DNA of 64,000 nt, taken from assembly GCF_964204645.1 (NCBI RefSeq), contig NC_134035.1, forward strand, positions 10,634,451-10,698,450, given 5' to 3'. This document shows positions 48,710 through 64,000 of the stretch, piece by piece (position 1 is the stretch's first letter; each line of letters opens with the position of its first letter). The notes under the pieces are model-generated. The model did not search any database, was not told the DNA's origin, and was given only the letters and a program-made list of their open reading frames with translations. This stretch comes from Tubulanus polymorphus. Taxonomy: Eukaryota; Animalia; Nemertea. The translations under genes and the position numbers were made by a program.

Positions 48710-51700
48710 CGTGTTTCAACATGTAATTGTGTGGTTAACGGCAATAATTCATCGACGTTTGTTTAAACGGTGATAGATTTCCGTTTCGATAAATACCGCG
48801 GCTCGAGTATTTACATCCGGGTTTTCAATGTTAGCTCGAGTTATATCGGGAGTAAACTCAATTGTTACAGACTTATCATTTAACAGCCGGTAATTTCTAT
48901 AATTCGAGCCAACACGGAATGCAACTTAAGATAGAACTCTCAATTCTCGTCGGGACCTAACGCTTAGTTCATTCCGTGCACATTATATCGAATATGTAAA
49001 TAACGAATATTTTCCAAATCTAGTTTTTCGCATTTTGCTTATTGTGAACGAAAATCAGCGTTATATACATAGATCACCGTCCCTACCTAATCGTTACTCT
49101 TCAGAATGAATTTCAACGTTGTTAGAACTGATTCAATACGGATAAAAACTTTTTAAATTTCTATTATTGTTAAAACGTTTCATCGAAGTCGGTCAAAAAC
49201 CGGCCGGATGTAACTAGACGATAGAAATGATAGAATATGTTGCATTTTAGAATCAGGCATTTATCACGGCGATGACTGCGATGCAGCGAAACCGATCCTG
49301 TTCGCGAAACAAATTGAAATCAACGGCTGAAGCAATCGGTCGCTTTGCTGCGGTAAATATTAGCTTTTAACTTTTGATTGATGGCTTAAAATTACCTACA
49401 TAAAGGTTGTTACCTGTTTGCTTAAGTAGCATTGATACGAAAAAGCGATTAATTTTAATCGTGTTGTTGGGATTCGGAGCGCATTTTTGCTTTTGAACAC
49501 ACCTCGTTAGCGCAGTTCAAAAGAAAATCCCGAAAAACACCCACCAAAAATTACCGTCGACAAAACCAAGAACGAATCGATAGTATAGATAACGTGACAA
49601 AGTCTCAAATTCGCGCAAAAATGATCGCGTTTTTACTACAAGCCAATAAAACGTGTATTAGTCATCGTTCAAGGGAAATAAATTCTGGGCTGCTAGCGCT
49701 GAGGCGCAATCTTTTAGACCAGGTATCCATTCCATTGTTTCCCGTTTGAGAGAAGCAATGCGGATATCGGGTCTCATCCTTTTAAGTGTTACCGGATTAT
49801 AGGCTTCAGTCGAACGCTCATTCATGTTGACGTAAACGTCTTATCTACCATACGCTATGTGCCTGTTGAACAGATTTTCAAAATATTTCGTGAAATCTGG
49901 TCGAAATTAAAAGATTTTCATAACAATAGATTGAATCAGTGCGTTCGTATACGCTCACGCGCATAGTCGACAACGATGGCGCACAGTTTGCGTCGTCGCC
50001 TTCTGATGTACGGAGTCGGTGAGATTCAGCTTAAGGGTTCTTAATCCGCACTGAAGCGGAATCTATACTTTATGAACATCTGGAGATGATCCCACAATTA
50101 GTGGACAACAAACGAACGACAACGAAATGAACTGAAACGTTTTTCGCAAACGTGGCGAAGACTTATATCCAAACGATTCGCTTTTAAAGCTGGGAAAAGT
50201 AATTTAACATGGAATGATTTCTTGAATAACTTGGCGACTTGTTATCGGGACTTGAAACCCATTTTCGCAGTGTCGGTTTTTATGTAATTTTCAATAGTCC
50301 TTGTGTTGAGTGAAGTACACAGAAGTAATATCACATCATATAACTAACTTCTGCGCGATATTTCGAAACGAAATCGGACATTCTCCGACTTAAACTGATG
50401 CTCGCATTTTCCGCGCTAAAAACCACATCATAAGTCTTGTTGAATCTCATTAAAAACCGACGCTGAAATGTGACTCTCATTTGTGCCCCATTATAAAACG
50501 AATAAATAACGATTTCGCGTGAAACCCACGCGTCGTACTAATGAGTAACTATTGTCGAGGAATGTCGATTCTCCGCCGTGGACTGGTAGCCATCCAGCGG
50601 CGAGGTAACCGTCTCGTGCTATCGTGCTATCGCCGAGATCGCTGAGGCTCGGTGGAGCTGCCCATCAATTTGTCTTTGTGTCGATTGTCAGGGTGGGAAA
50701 CGGTTAATTGATTTATGCCGGAAATTGTGACTATCAATTCGTCAAATAAACTAACGATGAAAGAATTATGACTTTTTATTAGAAAAAGTAGCTATGCCAC
50801 GTGCGCACCATATGGTATCGTGTGACGATAGTCTTGATCGTCGCTGATCGTCTTTTCATATGTTTTCATCGACGGCCATTGCGCTAATTGTGTAGGCTAT
50901 CCTTTGATTTACATCGGGGCGGTCTCACTTAGAATTCTTGCTTTATCTGATCGAACCAAATGATTTCTGTCCGCTATCTGTGAAATTCATTCTTTTAACT
51001 TACAACTACAGGATATAATCAATGTGAAAATTTGCCAACAGCAATATCGATAACCCTAAAGGGAAATTATCCACTTAATGAACCAAGTGATATAATCAAT
51101 GGTGTATTAAAGGGTTCTTACTTTATTCCAATGCCAATAACGGTTTTTGGTGACGTGGGCCATGAATATTTCCGAAAATAATTAAACACATTTAATATAA
51201 GTCATATTTGGTTTAGAATATTGCACATTTGCTAACAGCTATATCTATAACCCTAAGGGAAATTGCAAGCCGGATGAAACGAATTAAAACCACACAAAAC
51301 TAAGTTTATAATCGGTAAGGTTTTTACATTTAGAGTTAAGCAATTCTCATAATTGTTATGGAAATGGATAGCCGTATATAAAAAGAACATCGACGTTAAA
51401 TTTGAACGAAACTACCCTTAGAAGCTGTCTAGCCTTTTAGAATTACTGTTTTTCTTTTTAAAAATATCTACGAAATACACTTAGAATAGACTTGAAAAGA
51501 TTTATTAAAGACAACTCCTGATTTTTTATCGTTACGCTATAACAATGCTTTCAATTACTGACTGTATCAAAAACTACGAAAAATCGCACAATACTCATAA
51601 TTAACACGAGGCGCTTCGGAAACCGTACGACGATTCGATGCGACTCGAGAAGAGCTTAGAAAAGTTTATTTCATATCGGTTTCTTCGTCGATGCATTGAT

Positions 51701-52607
51701 TAATATAGCGTCGAGTTAATGACATATAGAGAACGAGCTTCGTCTCTCGTTGGGGGGATATTAGAACCTCGCGTAGACACACGTCGCATCTCGCAGATTT
51801 ACCGTTACGTATTGCTAAACCAATATTGACTTCGTATCTTTATCTCGCGCGCGCCGGTATTTTCGGTTTCCCGTGTTTTCTGTACGTTCAGCCGTGTAAT
51901 CACGTGAAATATACACGCAATTATTGAACAGGCTCGGCTTCTGTAGAGAAAGTAACAGATACGCGCAGTCGAGACGACGGGATGAGTTGGGAAGAGCCCG
52001 ATCTCGGCGGCGATGTTCACGTTCGCGCTCTGATTACCGCGATTCCGGGCGACTCCGGTTCGCGACAGCGTCATCGTGCTTACAGTTTCGCCGGCGCGTA
52101 TTAATGACGATAGTCAATTTCAAGTCGGCGAAGTACATTATTATACGACGGTCTTATTTCTCAGTTTGATCGTCGCGCGGATCAAGTTGTCGATATCATG
52201 TTCAGCGATGACATGTTATAACTGTTTTTCTTTGATTTCACGTAGGAGATTGAGTGGTTGACAAAATAAAAATGACTGAAATATCGGATTATTTAGATAC
52301 ATATAATATGCCTTAATCTTAGAAACAAAAGCTGAACGTGTGGTTTCTCGAATGGGTGGAAATAGTGCCTGTGTCCTGTCGAAACTCGATACACGCATTT
52401 TAGGATTTGAGGCATGTATCATGGTGTCCGAAGGCGTGAATAACCATGAGATCCGAGTCACATGAGTCCCGAAGATCAAAATCATCTCCTTTTCGTCCTC
52501 GTCCATCCATGGACGTTTGAACAAGATATCTAGTTTATACGCCCATGGTCCGTCTGCTAATGTTACCAGATGATACAGTATATTATATGTAAACTCTGGC
52601 CAGGAGG

Positions 52608-52738
52608 CAGTTGTGCAATTACGGCTTAGATTTAAGACAAAGACCAACTTAGCTCTATTGCCTAACCAACTACTTAAGAAAACTCTTAAGATTCATTTGA
52701 GACCACTTTTTGGACTTGAGTCACGACTGTGCACCTGG
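52608..52738. mobile_element. Family A MITE, degenerate
   Basis: AAGACCAACTTAG...GAGACCACTTTTTGGACTTGAGTCACGACTGTGCACCTGG matches the 7259-7388 copy. Confidence 0.65.
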
Positions 52739-53334
52739 ATTCTGGTTAAAACGCTTGCTTGCTTTGTATGTCACGTGCGTGACCGGATTTCGATCTCCTA
52801 TGAGTGCATACAATTTCACTCGTAAACGTTTAAGAGTCTCCTTATCTTTAAGTAACGATATATATTCTATTGGTTTTGTTTTTAGTATCATATCCATCTG
52901 GACGTATAACTTCAAGAAGTATTGCAAGGAGAGCTGTAAGTATGCAGATGTGTCTGAACCCGAATTTTGAATGAATCATCGATTTTTTCAATCGATGAAA
53001 AATCCAAAATTAAAACAATGAAAATATGGAAATATTAATCGTGGGTTTTTGTCTTCTATGCCCTATTTTGTCATAGAATTAGTGGAAATAGTTGATATTG
53101 ATATTTTCTGTTCGTTGTGACTTCCAGAGTTAACTCTAAAGAATAAAAATAATTTGGACAGTTTCCGATACTAATGATATTGATTTCAAACGCCAGATTC
53201 AAATCTTACAAATACAAATGGAAATGGGTCTTGATTAAAATTTCTATTCAATTGATTGTCGATAATGATGATGCTATAGTGTTTAACTATTGTTATATTT
53301 ACGCAGAAATATCTGGTGAGTATTATTATTATCA

Positions 53335-53513
<179 letters not shown>

Positions 53514-55468
53514 GTATTTTCTATATTGTTTTCCAACTATTTCAGTTCGTGAATATCTATCAATGGTTGTTTTTGATGTGCCTTCTGTGTCAGTTGATAA
53601 CCTCTCGAAGAACCGAACACCCGAATACAAGAAAATATCCTAAATTTACGTAATTTTCCTGGTGATTCTAATTTGCGAATTGTCTGAAAATCCCCGACAA
53701 ATAATACGAAAATTTGTAAAGAAGGGAAGCATGTCCCAAATTGGCAATGGTATTTTTTCTACAAATTCGACAGGGACATTTTTCCCGTGGGCTTTAGTAG
53801 AATAGCTTCACTTGGACGCGGAAAATGGATTACTTGGTGAATTCGCGTATGACGATGCTCTCTGATCAAGTTTAAATCACCGAGTCCTCCATTCAGAATT
53901 TTCATAAAATGAATTATGTTGTTAATGCTTTAAATTTGTACATATTGGATTTGTTTTCTTAAATTAGGAATTGGCCCTATTTATCTTTTTGATTGGAAGA
54001 TTTCGTTTGATTTGTTTTGATTCGGCGTCGCTTACAAACCCACTACACCTGCCGGGAGCGAAACAGGGGGTTTGATTTTGAAATCGGAAATCGAAGTACA
54101 GCTATAGTTGAAGTGATCGGCGGTCGAACTGACAGATTTTATTTTTAAATCGAAATACATAATCGGAAATTTAGTCTAATATTGAATTTTAATCGTATTT
54201 TCCTGGGAAATTTTTCCTGGGTCAATATTTACTGGTTCCTTTTTTTCTGTGACACATTTTTCCAGGAACATTTTTTCCGCTTTCCCCCCAAAAAACACTC
54301 CCACGTTTTTCCATTGAAACGCAATCAAATTTACACGCAACGCCAATAAATCCAAGCGATGGGAATTACTACGCATCTCGCCGTGTGTACACGATCATTC
54401 TATAAATTAATTAGCTTAACGGAATTAGCGTTTTACCGGACGCGTCGATACCGCTATTGTCGGGCGAAGCCTGCTTCAATCGGACCCTCGAGACACGTCT
54501 AAGTATCCAGGTGGACGCCGTCATTTCGACGAATTCACACAACTCATTCCGTGTCTGGACCGGTTAATATGTCCTCCCCTTTTAATATTCAGTTCATTTC
54601 GTATTCTGAATAGTCGGCGCTTATCATATTTCGCGTACTCGATTAGCCGAGATATCTCGCTCGTCATTATTCACTCACTCGCGTTGTTGCTCCATTGAGA
54701 AATTAGCGATGATGACCGATTGCTCGTTGTGCATGTTGCCAATCAAATGCACTTTAACGCATGCGAGTCCATTACCCGAAAAAGGGTCTCGTCGCAAAAG
54801 CTCGTAGGTAATAGAATCTGCACTCAGTCATCGATCTACCGAATTATCGCATGTATATACCTGGATCTGTTTTCTCCGATCGCTAGATTTTCTTGTCCAT
54901 TAGATCGTAATGGCTTCATTCAAGCGTGGAATTCGTATAATCGACACAGAAAGTTCTGAGCGTTCCTTTATAGTCGAAGAGAAATTGTAGCTAATAGTTC
55001 GAATTACGGTTAATATCTAGATCATACATAATTTGTCGGCGAAAAATGTTCAGTTAGTTTTTCATAAGGCACACACGATGCAAACTTCGATGAAGAAAAG
55101 ATCGGGTGATGCGATGACAGTCACAATAATTTTGCTTTCTTAGTGTATTTTCCCTTTTGCTTACATCATAACTATGTATAAATGACTCCTTCCATAAATA
55201 CAATATATGAAACGAGAGGAATTGTACTTTAGAGGGCTTGACTATTTCATTTGACGCACGAGCTTTCGGTAATAGCGTATAAACGTATAAGCTCCATCGG
55301 GTGAATTTGTAGCGAAAGCTAGTACTTCAAATAGATTAGTTAAGATAAGCTATGAAGCATTTATTTTACACCGGGTTAAACGGCTCTTCTATCAATTTTA
55401 TGATAACAATATCATTTATCCCGTTCATTACGTAGCTTCGTAATTTAGATGTTATTATGATTTACTAG

Positions 55469-55486
55469 ATAATAATAATAATAATG

Positions 55487-55528
<42 letters not shown>

Positions 55529-55545
55529 GTAATAATAATATTAAT
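55469..55545. repeat. Imperfect (AAT)n microsatellite
   Basis: Direct observation. Confidence 0.95.
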
Positions 55546-56366
55546 GAAAATAATATATAAAGAATCCTACTATAAAACGAGAAAATAATATGATATAAAG
55601 TCCGATAATTTTTCCTAGGGCTAGTCGATCATTCAACGTTTCTATTATATTATAATTATCGTCATGGTTATAATAACGTAAATCTATCCACATTCATTAA
55701 CCGACGAAAACGCGAGTATCGAACAGTTATAAAGCGAGGAAACTTAAAAATCGGGACGGGTGTCATCTCGGCTACTGCCGTACAAATCCATGGTATTAAA
55801 TTCATTAGTAGTTACGCTGTGATCGTCACGTCTCGCGACTATAGGGCATTAATAGAATCAACGATGGCGGGATATACTGTGTAAATTCATTAACCTGTCA
55901 TTTACTGTCACGATCAACTCATTCTTACCGTTCGAATCCGATCGGACACATATTCAATTCTATACGGGATAAACACGCGCCAGTGTATTATGACGAATCG
56001 CATTGACTCATTTTATAGATATCACAGCTGATGATATAATACGTTCCGTCGCTTAAAGATATGATACCTTTTTGCGGTGTTTCTATATACGTGGAAAGAA
56101 CTATGATTTTTAAACTGGTCATTTACACTTAAAGCCTCTAAGTCCGTTCACTCTAATTGAACGAGTGCATTAAGCCTATCGAAATAAACGCCTTATGGTC
56201 CAGGGATAGAATTGGAACAGCTACGTACGAATAAAGATGGTTAGAACCGAAATTAATTCATCAAAGGTTAAGAATTATAAGATTGAGGGTTTGGACTCTC
56301 TTTCTTACACACTCTGTTTCTACACAATCGTCAAGTGTGTGAAATGGCGAAGCTTGCTTTGATGAT

Positions 56367-56576
56367 GCTAAAATGATACCTTGTTTCTCCTAATCGGCCG
56401 GGTCATTTTTCATGTACATAAAATTTGTAATCAGTTCATTTCTATAGCTGCCAGGATTGTTACGGTTAGCTTGATCATGATTTCAAGAAAAGTAATGTAC
56501 AGGAAGATAGGCGACCGGCCGGGTCAACTTTTAAGCTCATCCAGCAAGGAGAAACAAGGTATCAATTTATTTAGCC
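56367..56576. mobile_element. MITE family B
   Basis: Both TIRs present; interior colinear with 46179-46398. Confidence 0.8.
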
Positions 56577-59500
56577 TTAGTTTTCCGAGATTTAGTTTCT
56601 AAGTCGAATCGGACGAACTCGGCGCCACTGAATATCAGGCAGCGATACAAGGAATGTACGTTAACATGTACTCTTCTTATAGACACATGATTCTTGGTCT
56701 CCTCTTTATTGTAAATAGCCAATAATGCCACATATGTATTACGGTGCAATAAAGATTAAATTGAATTGAATTGAATTATCCGACCCTAAACCAACTGGAA
56801 CAAGATACAGGTATCCATAACTTGAATATCGTTTCATATATCGACCAAATTCATCGGATGACAGAATACTTGTCTCTGTATCCTTTTTATGGTGAAGGCA
56901 TTTACCTATCCTCACCGACGCATTGCCGAGGGGCACTTCAACGTTGTGTATGTAACTCCGGGCTTTTTGTCGCTTTTTGTCGCTGTTTTCGCTGTGTTGG
57001 TAGCTTAGGGGCGCTTTTATTTGAATGTAAGTCGAGCTTTTAGGCGTATCGCCGTATCGAGAAATTATCGAAAATCTTTGAGCTGCCGTCCTGGACGCGT
57101 ACGTCAATACCCGAATATGCTGTTGCGAAGACTAAGCGATTAGAATCGTATATAGACTCCGATTGAAATCGCTTTGATCGAAATTATCAATACCAATACA
57201 GTCATACTGCTATAATGACAGTGTTTTTTACCTTCTCTCACATTATAAACTCTTTTGTTCGCACGCCTTCAGGGAAATCGGGTGAGTATAAAGACAAACG
57301 TTCGTCGTATATTCGTTTACGAGCTGTTTTATCCGGTTACATTCTCTTCGTCTAATGACTAAAACATTCACCCTAAAACTGGCCTTTTAATGAACTTATA
57401 AATAACAAATAATTAAATCGTTTTGAGACACGATTCAGCTCGAGCTCCTTTATCAAATTCTTGATAAATTTGCCAGAAATAGCGAGTGTATCTAATTTTA
57501 GAAATGCATCTGAAAATGTGAACGGTATATAGCTATATTTCTGAAGTAGAATCGTGCCAATTAAGTTTCCTTCCAACTGTTGCTTATCCTGAATCGATTA
57601 TCATTAAAGAAGCGTTTTGCTAGAACTTTGGCTACGGAGAAGTAATTTCTAAAATTCTCCCTGAAATCGAATATGCAAATTTGCCCGTGATCTGTTTTCC
57701 ATTCATTACATTATCGTTACGCGTTGGCCAACACGGGCACGTGTAAAAGGATGATGGATTGTATTTGGTTTCGTTGTTATGAATTTCTCTCTTTCTCGCT
57801 CTCTCAATCGCACGCTCCCACGGACAGATGGTAAGTAACGAACAATTTCGCCCACCAGTCACGAGATCCATTCACGAGGAGTCATTCGTGCATGTACCCT
57901 CTCCGCGCGCGCGCACCTCGCAAACACAGCCGCAGAGGCTCTTCCCCGTCTCGACGCTCCTCCGTTACGATCGACTTTCTAATTATTACATCGACGCGAT
58001 TTCTGATCTGTTATACGATCCTCGCCGTGATCAAGTACCGACACGAATACCTGCTGGAATAGCGGAAAAACAGCGCTCATTAATGTCGGTTTTTTCAATT
58101 AATTCCTGAACGCTAAAATCAGGCTTTGATCTGGCGAGATATCGCATCCCCCTGTAGAATTTCCCGGCGTCTTTGACAAAGAAACGAATGATACGAATTC
58201 AATCTGTTTTTGAATTCTCGTCGAGAAGGCTTCGATTTGTCACTACCGGCAAATCCCCGGTGATAGAATGAAAGTTTTTTTTGGAATAAAATGAAAAAGA
58301 ATCTGGAGAAAACGATCGGCAATTCTGTTCCTATTCATATTTCGATAAGCTTAAAGAACTTCAATTTTCGAAATAGATTTTAACAGCCGTCCATTCTCTG
58401 CAAATTGACGACGCGAAGACTATCTGATTGGCAGCGAGGGGGGGGGATATTCGAGAACAACATTTGAATTGTTCGACTGAAAATTGTAACCACGTCAGCG
58501 ACGACGGTCTATCGTTATTACTTGAACCCACTTGAAAAAAGGCCCCGGGAGCGAATGCGCTGTGCGTCGAATCATCTTTGAGGGATCGTATAGATTAAAG
58601 CACGACGCCGCGGGGTTGAACGTAAGGCGCGGTTGACTGAAATTACGTTAACATAATATAAGCAGTTCAGAAATATAAGTTCCACACTGATAAAAACCAC
58701 GTTTCAAAAAGCTGATAATTACGCAAGCAACCCGACGACATGTTGTATCTATCTTTTTTGTAGCTCTCAAAACAATAATCACTGTTATAAAAGAAATAAA
58801 TTTTCTCTGCGAAAAAAATCACACGGAAAAATAATAAGTTACATTTATCTATTCTGCACGCAGAAAAATGGCCACCATCGAGAAACATGATGAACATAAA
58901 TATGAATTAGTTTCTGTGTTCTATTTAGACAGTAAATTAATTTCTTTTGAAATAACTATTTAAGGTAGCTACCTAAAGATGAATATATTTGTCGTCAGGA
59001 TGCTTCCGTTGATAATTGATAGCAAACAAGTAATTAAATCAGTATTCATCAACATTCATTAATGATATCATTCGTGCAATTATTACTGATCTTTATGGGA
59101 ATTCTTAATTGTTTTGTGCGGACAGTTACAAAAACTTAATTGCGATTGCTTATATTTTTTCTTTCATTTCGCATGCTCGTCTGGACTACCAGATGTGCCA
59201 GGTACGTTGACTGAAATAACCTTAATTAAATAACTGCTTTAAAGAGTCAATTACTAGTTGCTTACTTGATTCATAGTTTAAATGTAATACCCCTTAAGAG
59301 ATTGTCTCGTGTGATAATGAATCAAGTGCCCGAGGTATTACCATAACTAAGTTTGTACTCCACCCAAAACCGTCGCATATTTGTTGAATACATGATTGTT
59401 TAATTAAACGCGAAATTATTCGATATTTGAACGAGCGCCGTAAGGATCGGAAGCGCTCATTCAGTCTAAAATTCACTATTTTCTCGTATTTGTTTTCAGC

Positions 59501-59686
59501 TTCACGCGAGGGTAAGTACATGCGAGTTACTCGAACAATTTACCGCTGTAAAATTCCTGACGTATGCACATACCACCACAGGCGCTTATTCAGTAAAAAC
59601 CCACAGTTCATGATTAAGCCATTTTATTTTCTAACAGTTTCATCTATATTCCTAGACGTCGTAATAATAATGATAATTACAAAAGT

Positions 59687-59946
<260 letters not shown>

Positions 59947-60308
59947 TGTGTATTTATATACCACTCTCCACTGGGTTTCAGCGCGGATAACATAAAGTAT
60001 GCACATCATCTTATTACATTTCAATAACATGTTTTTCTTAAAGTAACTTTTCACATATCAATATTTGCGCAGCTGCGTAAGTTAGGTAGATTGCTCCCGT
60101 GAATTGCAGCAACCGACACAAAAGATCGTTTATCGTAAAAAATGTGTATGAAAAGGTACATGAAACAGGATAAGTTGATTTGTAGATCCAAGACATCGAC
60201 TCGGTCCACGAAGATACAGCATTTCTGTAAGAAACAGAGGGAAAGGCCATTTTAATGCTAATATTATTTCACATAAACATATATCATTATTATGTAATGT
60301 TGGTTTCT

Positions 60309-60346
60309 CTGATGAAAGAGTTTATAGCCAAAACTCCGAAACTGTT
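60309..60346 (+). ncRNA. Degenerate hammerhead-like motif
   Basis: CUGAUGA-AA-GAGUUU...AAACUC-C-GAAAC, followed by GTGGGTTT at ~60363; stem I not restorable. Confidence 0.4.
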
Positions 60347-61468
60347 CCGATCATCAAAACTGTGGGTTTCTACTTTAATAGTTGTGAACACTGAGATTAT
60401 TATCGGTCTCTGTCAGTCATACGCCGTTTTTACTGTTACTATATAGAGAAACTGAGGCTCTACGAATAGATTTTACATTATGTAAACATTGCTGAAATAC
60501 GGGCGGCAATGATAGGAAAACTGCAGTGTACTGCTTGCTTATTTGTATTTTCGTAAATTGAAAATCTATGCCGATAAACGAATTTTCGTCGAAAACGCTT
60601 TCCATATCCGATCGGTATAAATAACCCGAGGCTGTTACTGACAGAACGTTCTAATAACGGCCTTCTATATACGCAGACTCGCTACAGTGTTCCTTACTCG
60701 ATTCGTCAAATATTTACTAAAACATTATTCGTATATTTTCTTTTTTTGTTGTTGTTGTAGAATTGCTTAGGAGGGGTAAGTAATACATCCTATGGTTTCT
60801 ATATGCCTTCTCTACGAATTTCCCTTGTATCTATCGCGAGCCTTCATCAATTTTCATTCGTCAATTTCAGTTTAGAAAACGAGTTTCTTCGAATCGGTTG
60901 GATTTACAGGTGACGTTTTTTCAGCGTTTTACAGTCGTTTCTTTATCAATTGCAACCTGTTGAAGACATCATCAGATCATTTCTGACAGTCGTTTCCTTT
61001 TACTTTGGCCTTACAAGACGATTGCGTGTCTCGTTCATATAACATAAACACCTGCATAAGTCAAAACAAGCTTTTTCTTCAAAAATGCGTTTGGGGTTAT
61101 TTCTTTGCGATGGTCGTTTTCTTTGTTAGAAAAACAGGCTATAAGTATATGTTTTGTTTTTATTTCTGTAGGATGACGATCGACTACAATCCAGCACTTC
61201 ATTTTGGCAAGGAATAGACAAACTGAAATCTGAATCTGAATTCCAATCTCCGACACATTCGCCGAACTCGATCTTAAAACTAATTGGAAACTTAAAACTA
61301 AGACGGCGACGAAAGCACATCGTTGACTAATCAGGTATATTGTGAGGTGTAGAGTCTACAAGGGTACAGTTAGAGTTAGAGTTAACTCTGAGTTAAAATT
61401 AGTTCGTTTTCGATGAAATCAAGTCAGTTCTTAACTCACAATTGTGGAACTGGGTTCTGGTGTCGAAT

Positions 61469-61806
61469 CTCCCACGGCAGGGATTCGAACCTGATGGCAT
61501 CGTTACACTCATCCCCGACACGAACCCCTGCCACACTAGACCGGGTGCGCAGGTACATGCGCAGCTTCGCCGCACGAAAACTTGCGGCACCGATCAGATT
61601 GCTCGTTGTATAATCGCTGAGGTAAATTTCACGGAAGAACTATCAATGGGAAAACCCAGGCTAAAAATGAAACGGGATATCTGATTGGCTAATAATGACA
61701 TCATCTCAGCTGCGCGTGTAGCTTTCAACTCGGTTTAAGTGTGGCAGGGTTTCGTACCGTAGCAATCTCGATGCCATCAGGTTCGAATCTCTGCCGGGGA
61801 AGGATG
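61469..61806. mobile_element. Family C MITE, near full-length, opposite orientation
   Basis: Both TIRs present; core is the reverse complement of the 26.3-26.5 kb core. Confidence 0.85.
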
Positions 61807-61941
61807 CGAATCAGTACGCGCGAAGCACACCAGTACAATATACAGTAGGTTTACCAGGCGAAAGTTTAGCATGTTTTTCTCTCGACAAAATATCTATAAA
61901 CTGCAATAAAACGTGTAATCAGTCCCTTTTTATAGCTCTTT

Positions 61942-62063
61942 GGTCTGTTATGGTTAGCTTGATAATGATTTCTAGAAAGATAATGTACAGGGTTAGGTGG
62001 CCGGTCGGGTCAACTTTTAAGCTCAGCTGAAATTGAAAACTCAAGCTATCAAATTCTTTAGCC
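61942..62063. mobile_element. MITE family B, right-half fragment
   Basis: GGTCTGTTATGGTTAGCTTGAT...GGGTCAACTTTTAAGCTCAGC...TTTAGCC. Confidence 0.7.
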
Positions 62064-62620
62064 TAAACATGTTTCCGAGCGTTTTCCTGTAACTTGAGAA
62101 ACAATGGTTTCAGGATCAATGTTTCCCAGATTAATTATTTTGTTTCAGTGTTTCCACGCGTCGTGTGCGTCGGGCTTAAACACGCGCCTCCCACTAGTCG
62201 CTGTCATGTGTTATCGTTTGATTTCAGTGAAACGAACAAATTCGAAAAGTGATCTCCTCCCTCCATTTGGATGACAACAACGTGATTTCGAGGAACGACA
62301 CAACATGACCTCTCTCACACTCTCAACCTCTAGCATTGATCATCATACTTCGAATTACCAGCAGCGCCACTCAGCGGGAGAGTTCGAAATCATACAGGGG
62401 ACAGAATGGCGGTCGATGCGCAACGTTGTACGTCGAACCCTCCTTGAATGGATCTCGCAATCTTGTTGAAATATTTGAGAAATTCTTGAAACTTATGTCG
62501 AACTGGAATTACAAAAATGGAATTACAAACTTTACAAGGTTAAAAACGTAATGTCTTCGGAAATCAGTAGAGGAGCCGTGTTGACCTGGCGTTGAAATAC
62601 CTCATAGGTTGACTCGTTTG

Positions 62621-62760
62621 ACTGAGCTTTCGGCTACTAATACAATGGACGTATAAACTAGATCTAGTTTAAACGTCCATGCTAATGCCTGTAGTAGCTT
62701 CATCTCAGTTACCCGATGAAGGTACTGTTATGTATTATTAGCGAAAGCTCGTACTTCAAA
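62621..62760. ncRNA. Divergent inverted pair of variant hammerhead-like motifs (relative at 55257-55334)
   Basis: Plus 62710-62753: UAC-CCGAUGA-A...UAGC-GAAA-GCUC-GUA. The minus partner has a GCUACUA/UAGUAGC stem enclosing a long hairpin and ends CGAAAGCUC. Confidence 0.5.
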
Positions 62761-64000
62761 TGAACAAGTTAGCCCATAAAGTGCTATCCGCTTCACTACG
62801 TTTTACTGATTCGAATATCTGTAAGAGATTCCAACTTCTTAACCTTGTGCACGATCGTCATTTTATGTTCTAGGAATATTACGATACAGTGATTGAGCAA
62901 ACAATGACCAAACGACAAATTTTATTGTTTATATATATACATATATATATATATATATAATGTGTGATGTATTAACATTTTCTCAACCAAACTCTCTCAC
63001 TCAGAACATAACAGAAGCCTAAAAATCTATCCGAACATATTAGAGGATTCTTTTTTAACCGATATATAATTACCCTACCTGCAGTTTGTTTTTCAATTTC
63101 AAATTGATTTTATCGCCGGTCATTTCCTACTACGAATTCAGCTTACAATTGCTACTGCGCCCGATATTTCATCGATATCCCCCGTTATCTCAAGGCAGTA
63201 TCGTGCCGTGAGCTTGATGCAATCGAATTTATATCTATATTATAAATAGATAATAAACAACTATTTTAAGAAATTGCGGTTTTGTTTGTACGTTTTTATT
63301 CAATTTCGTCGCCGTTTTGCGGCCAAAGCATACACGAAGCATCCAGTACTATACAGCGATTACTGAAGCGATTCACAAACAACACGCGTGAATATAAATC
63401 GCCATATCCGTTATGCAATAAAAAGATGTGAGATCCCACAGTTGGAAATTGACTAAAATTATCGTAAATACTTTAGGTGGTTACTATGTGCAGTGATTCG
63501 GGTCATATTTCATATCTACTGTAGGTGGTTCAATTTGAGAAGAACTTTTCTTTTGTATATGCTGGATCTAAATATTAGAGTTTCGAGTTCTTTTTGGTTA
63601 AACTGATCTGGAATTGAGAGCGATCTTGAATTAAGAAATATCGAACTACATGTATTGATCTTGAAGGCAATTGAAGACAATTATCATATTGATAAGGAAT
63701 ACACGTCACCAAACATCTACTTCGTAGTTATTTGACGTATTGTTTTAAACTGAAGGAAGGTGGTAGTAAGCACTCAAGATATTTCTGATAACCTTTTGAT
63801 AAACTTTTTAGTCAATTTACAGAATATTGTGAGACTGTACATCCGCGTTACTAATGCAGTTGACGAAGCCACAATAATATACAGCACAGAGGAAACGAGA
63901 CATACGAGAATTGATGTCGGCTCGACAAAAATTGAATTTACAAAGTTCTCATTTTGGCAACAATAAAATAATAATGTATATTACTTTACTTATATGGTAT

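Noticed and set aside
51718-51741. miR-993-like sequence (GAAGCTCGT, minus strand)
   Set aside because: Only the first ~9 nt match and there is no complementary precursor arm.
52975-53050. Inverted TCGATGA pair followed by GTGGGTTT
   Set aside because: Possibly a very decayed member of the 37.5-kb family, but stems and GAAA boxes are missing, so it is not supportable.

Overview
AT-rich eukaryotic (invertebrate animal) genomic DNA with spliced genes; the species cannot be determined from sequence alone. All recognisable coding sequence sits in one compact minus-strand cluster at 8.9-16.2 kb: a 5-exon secreted frizzled-related protein of the sFRP3/4 (FRZB) type (339 aa, first intron apparently GC-AG), an intronless class A peptide-type GPCR (362 aa), and a 6-coding-exon APIP/MtnB methylthioribulose-1-phosphate dehydratase (263 aa) with an unusually remodelled N-terminal Gly-rich loop. 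I found no convincing exons in 1-8.9 kb or in the ~48 kb from 16.2 kb to the end. Those regions hold several MITE families (one Mutator-like with a 9-bp TSD), RTE and CR1/L2 LINE tails, two minisatellites (one with a 14-unit higher-order repeat), long microsatellites and near-perfect palindromes. The most interesting signal is a recurrent module resembling a minimal type I hammerhead ribozyme of the Penelope-retroelement kind. It occurs at about eight loci, mostly as short divergent inverted pairs with compensatory stem changes, often followed by a GTGGG(T/A)TT motif and with no retroelement ORF nearby. All gene models and repeat boundaries were built by eye; no searches were run.
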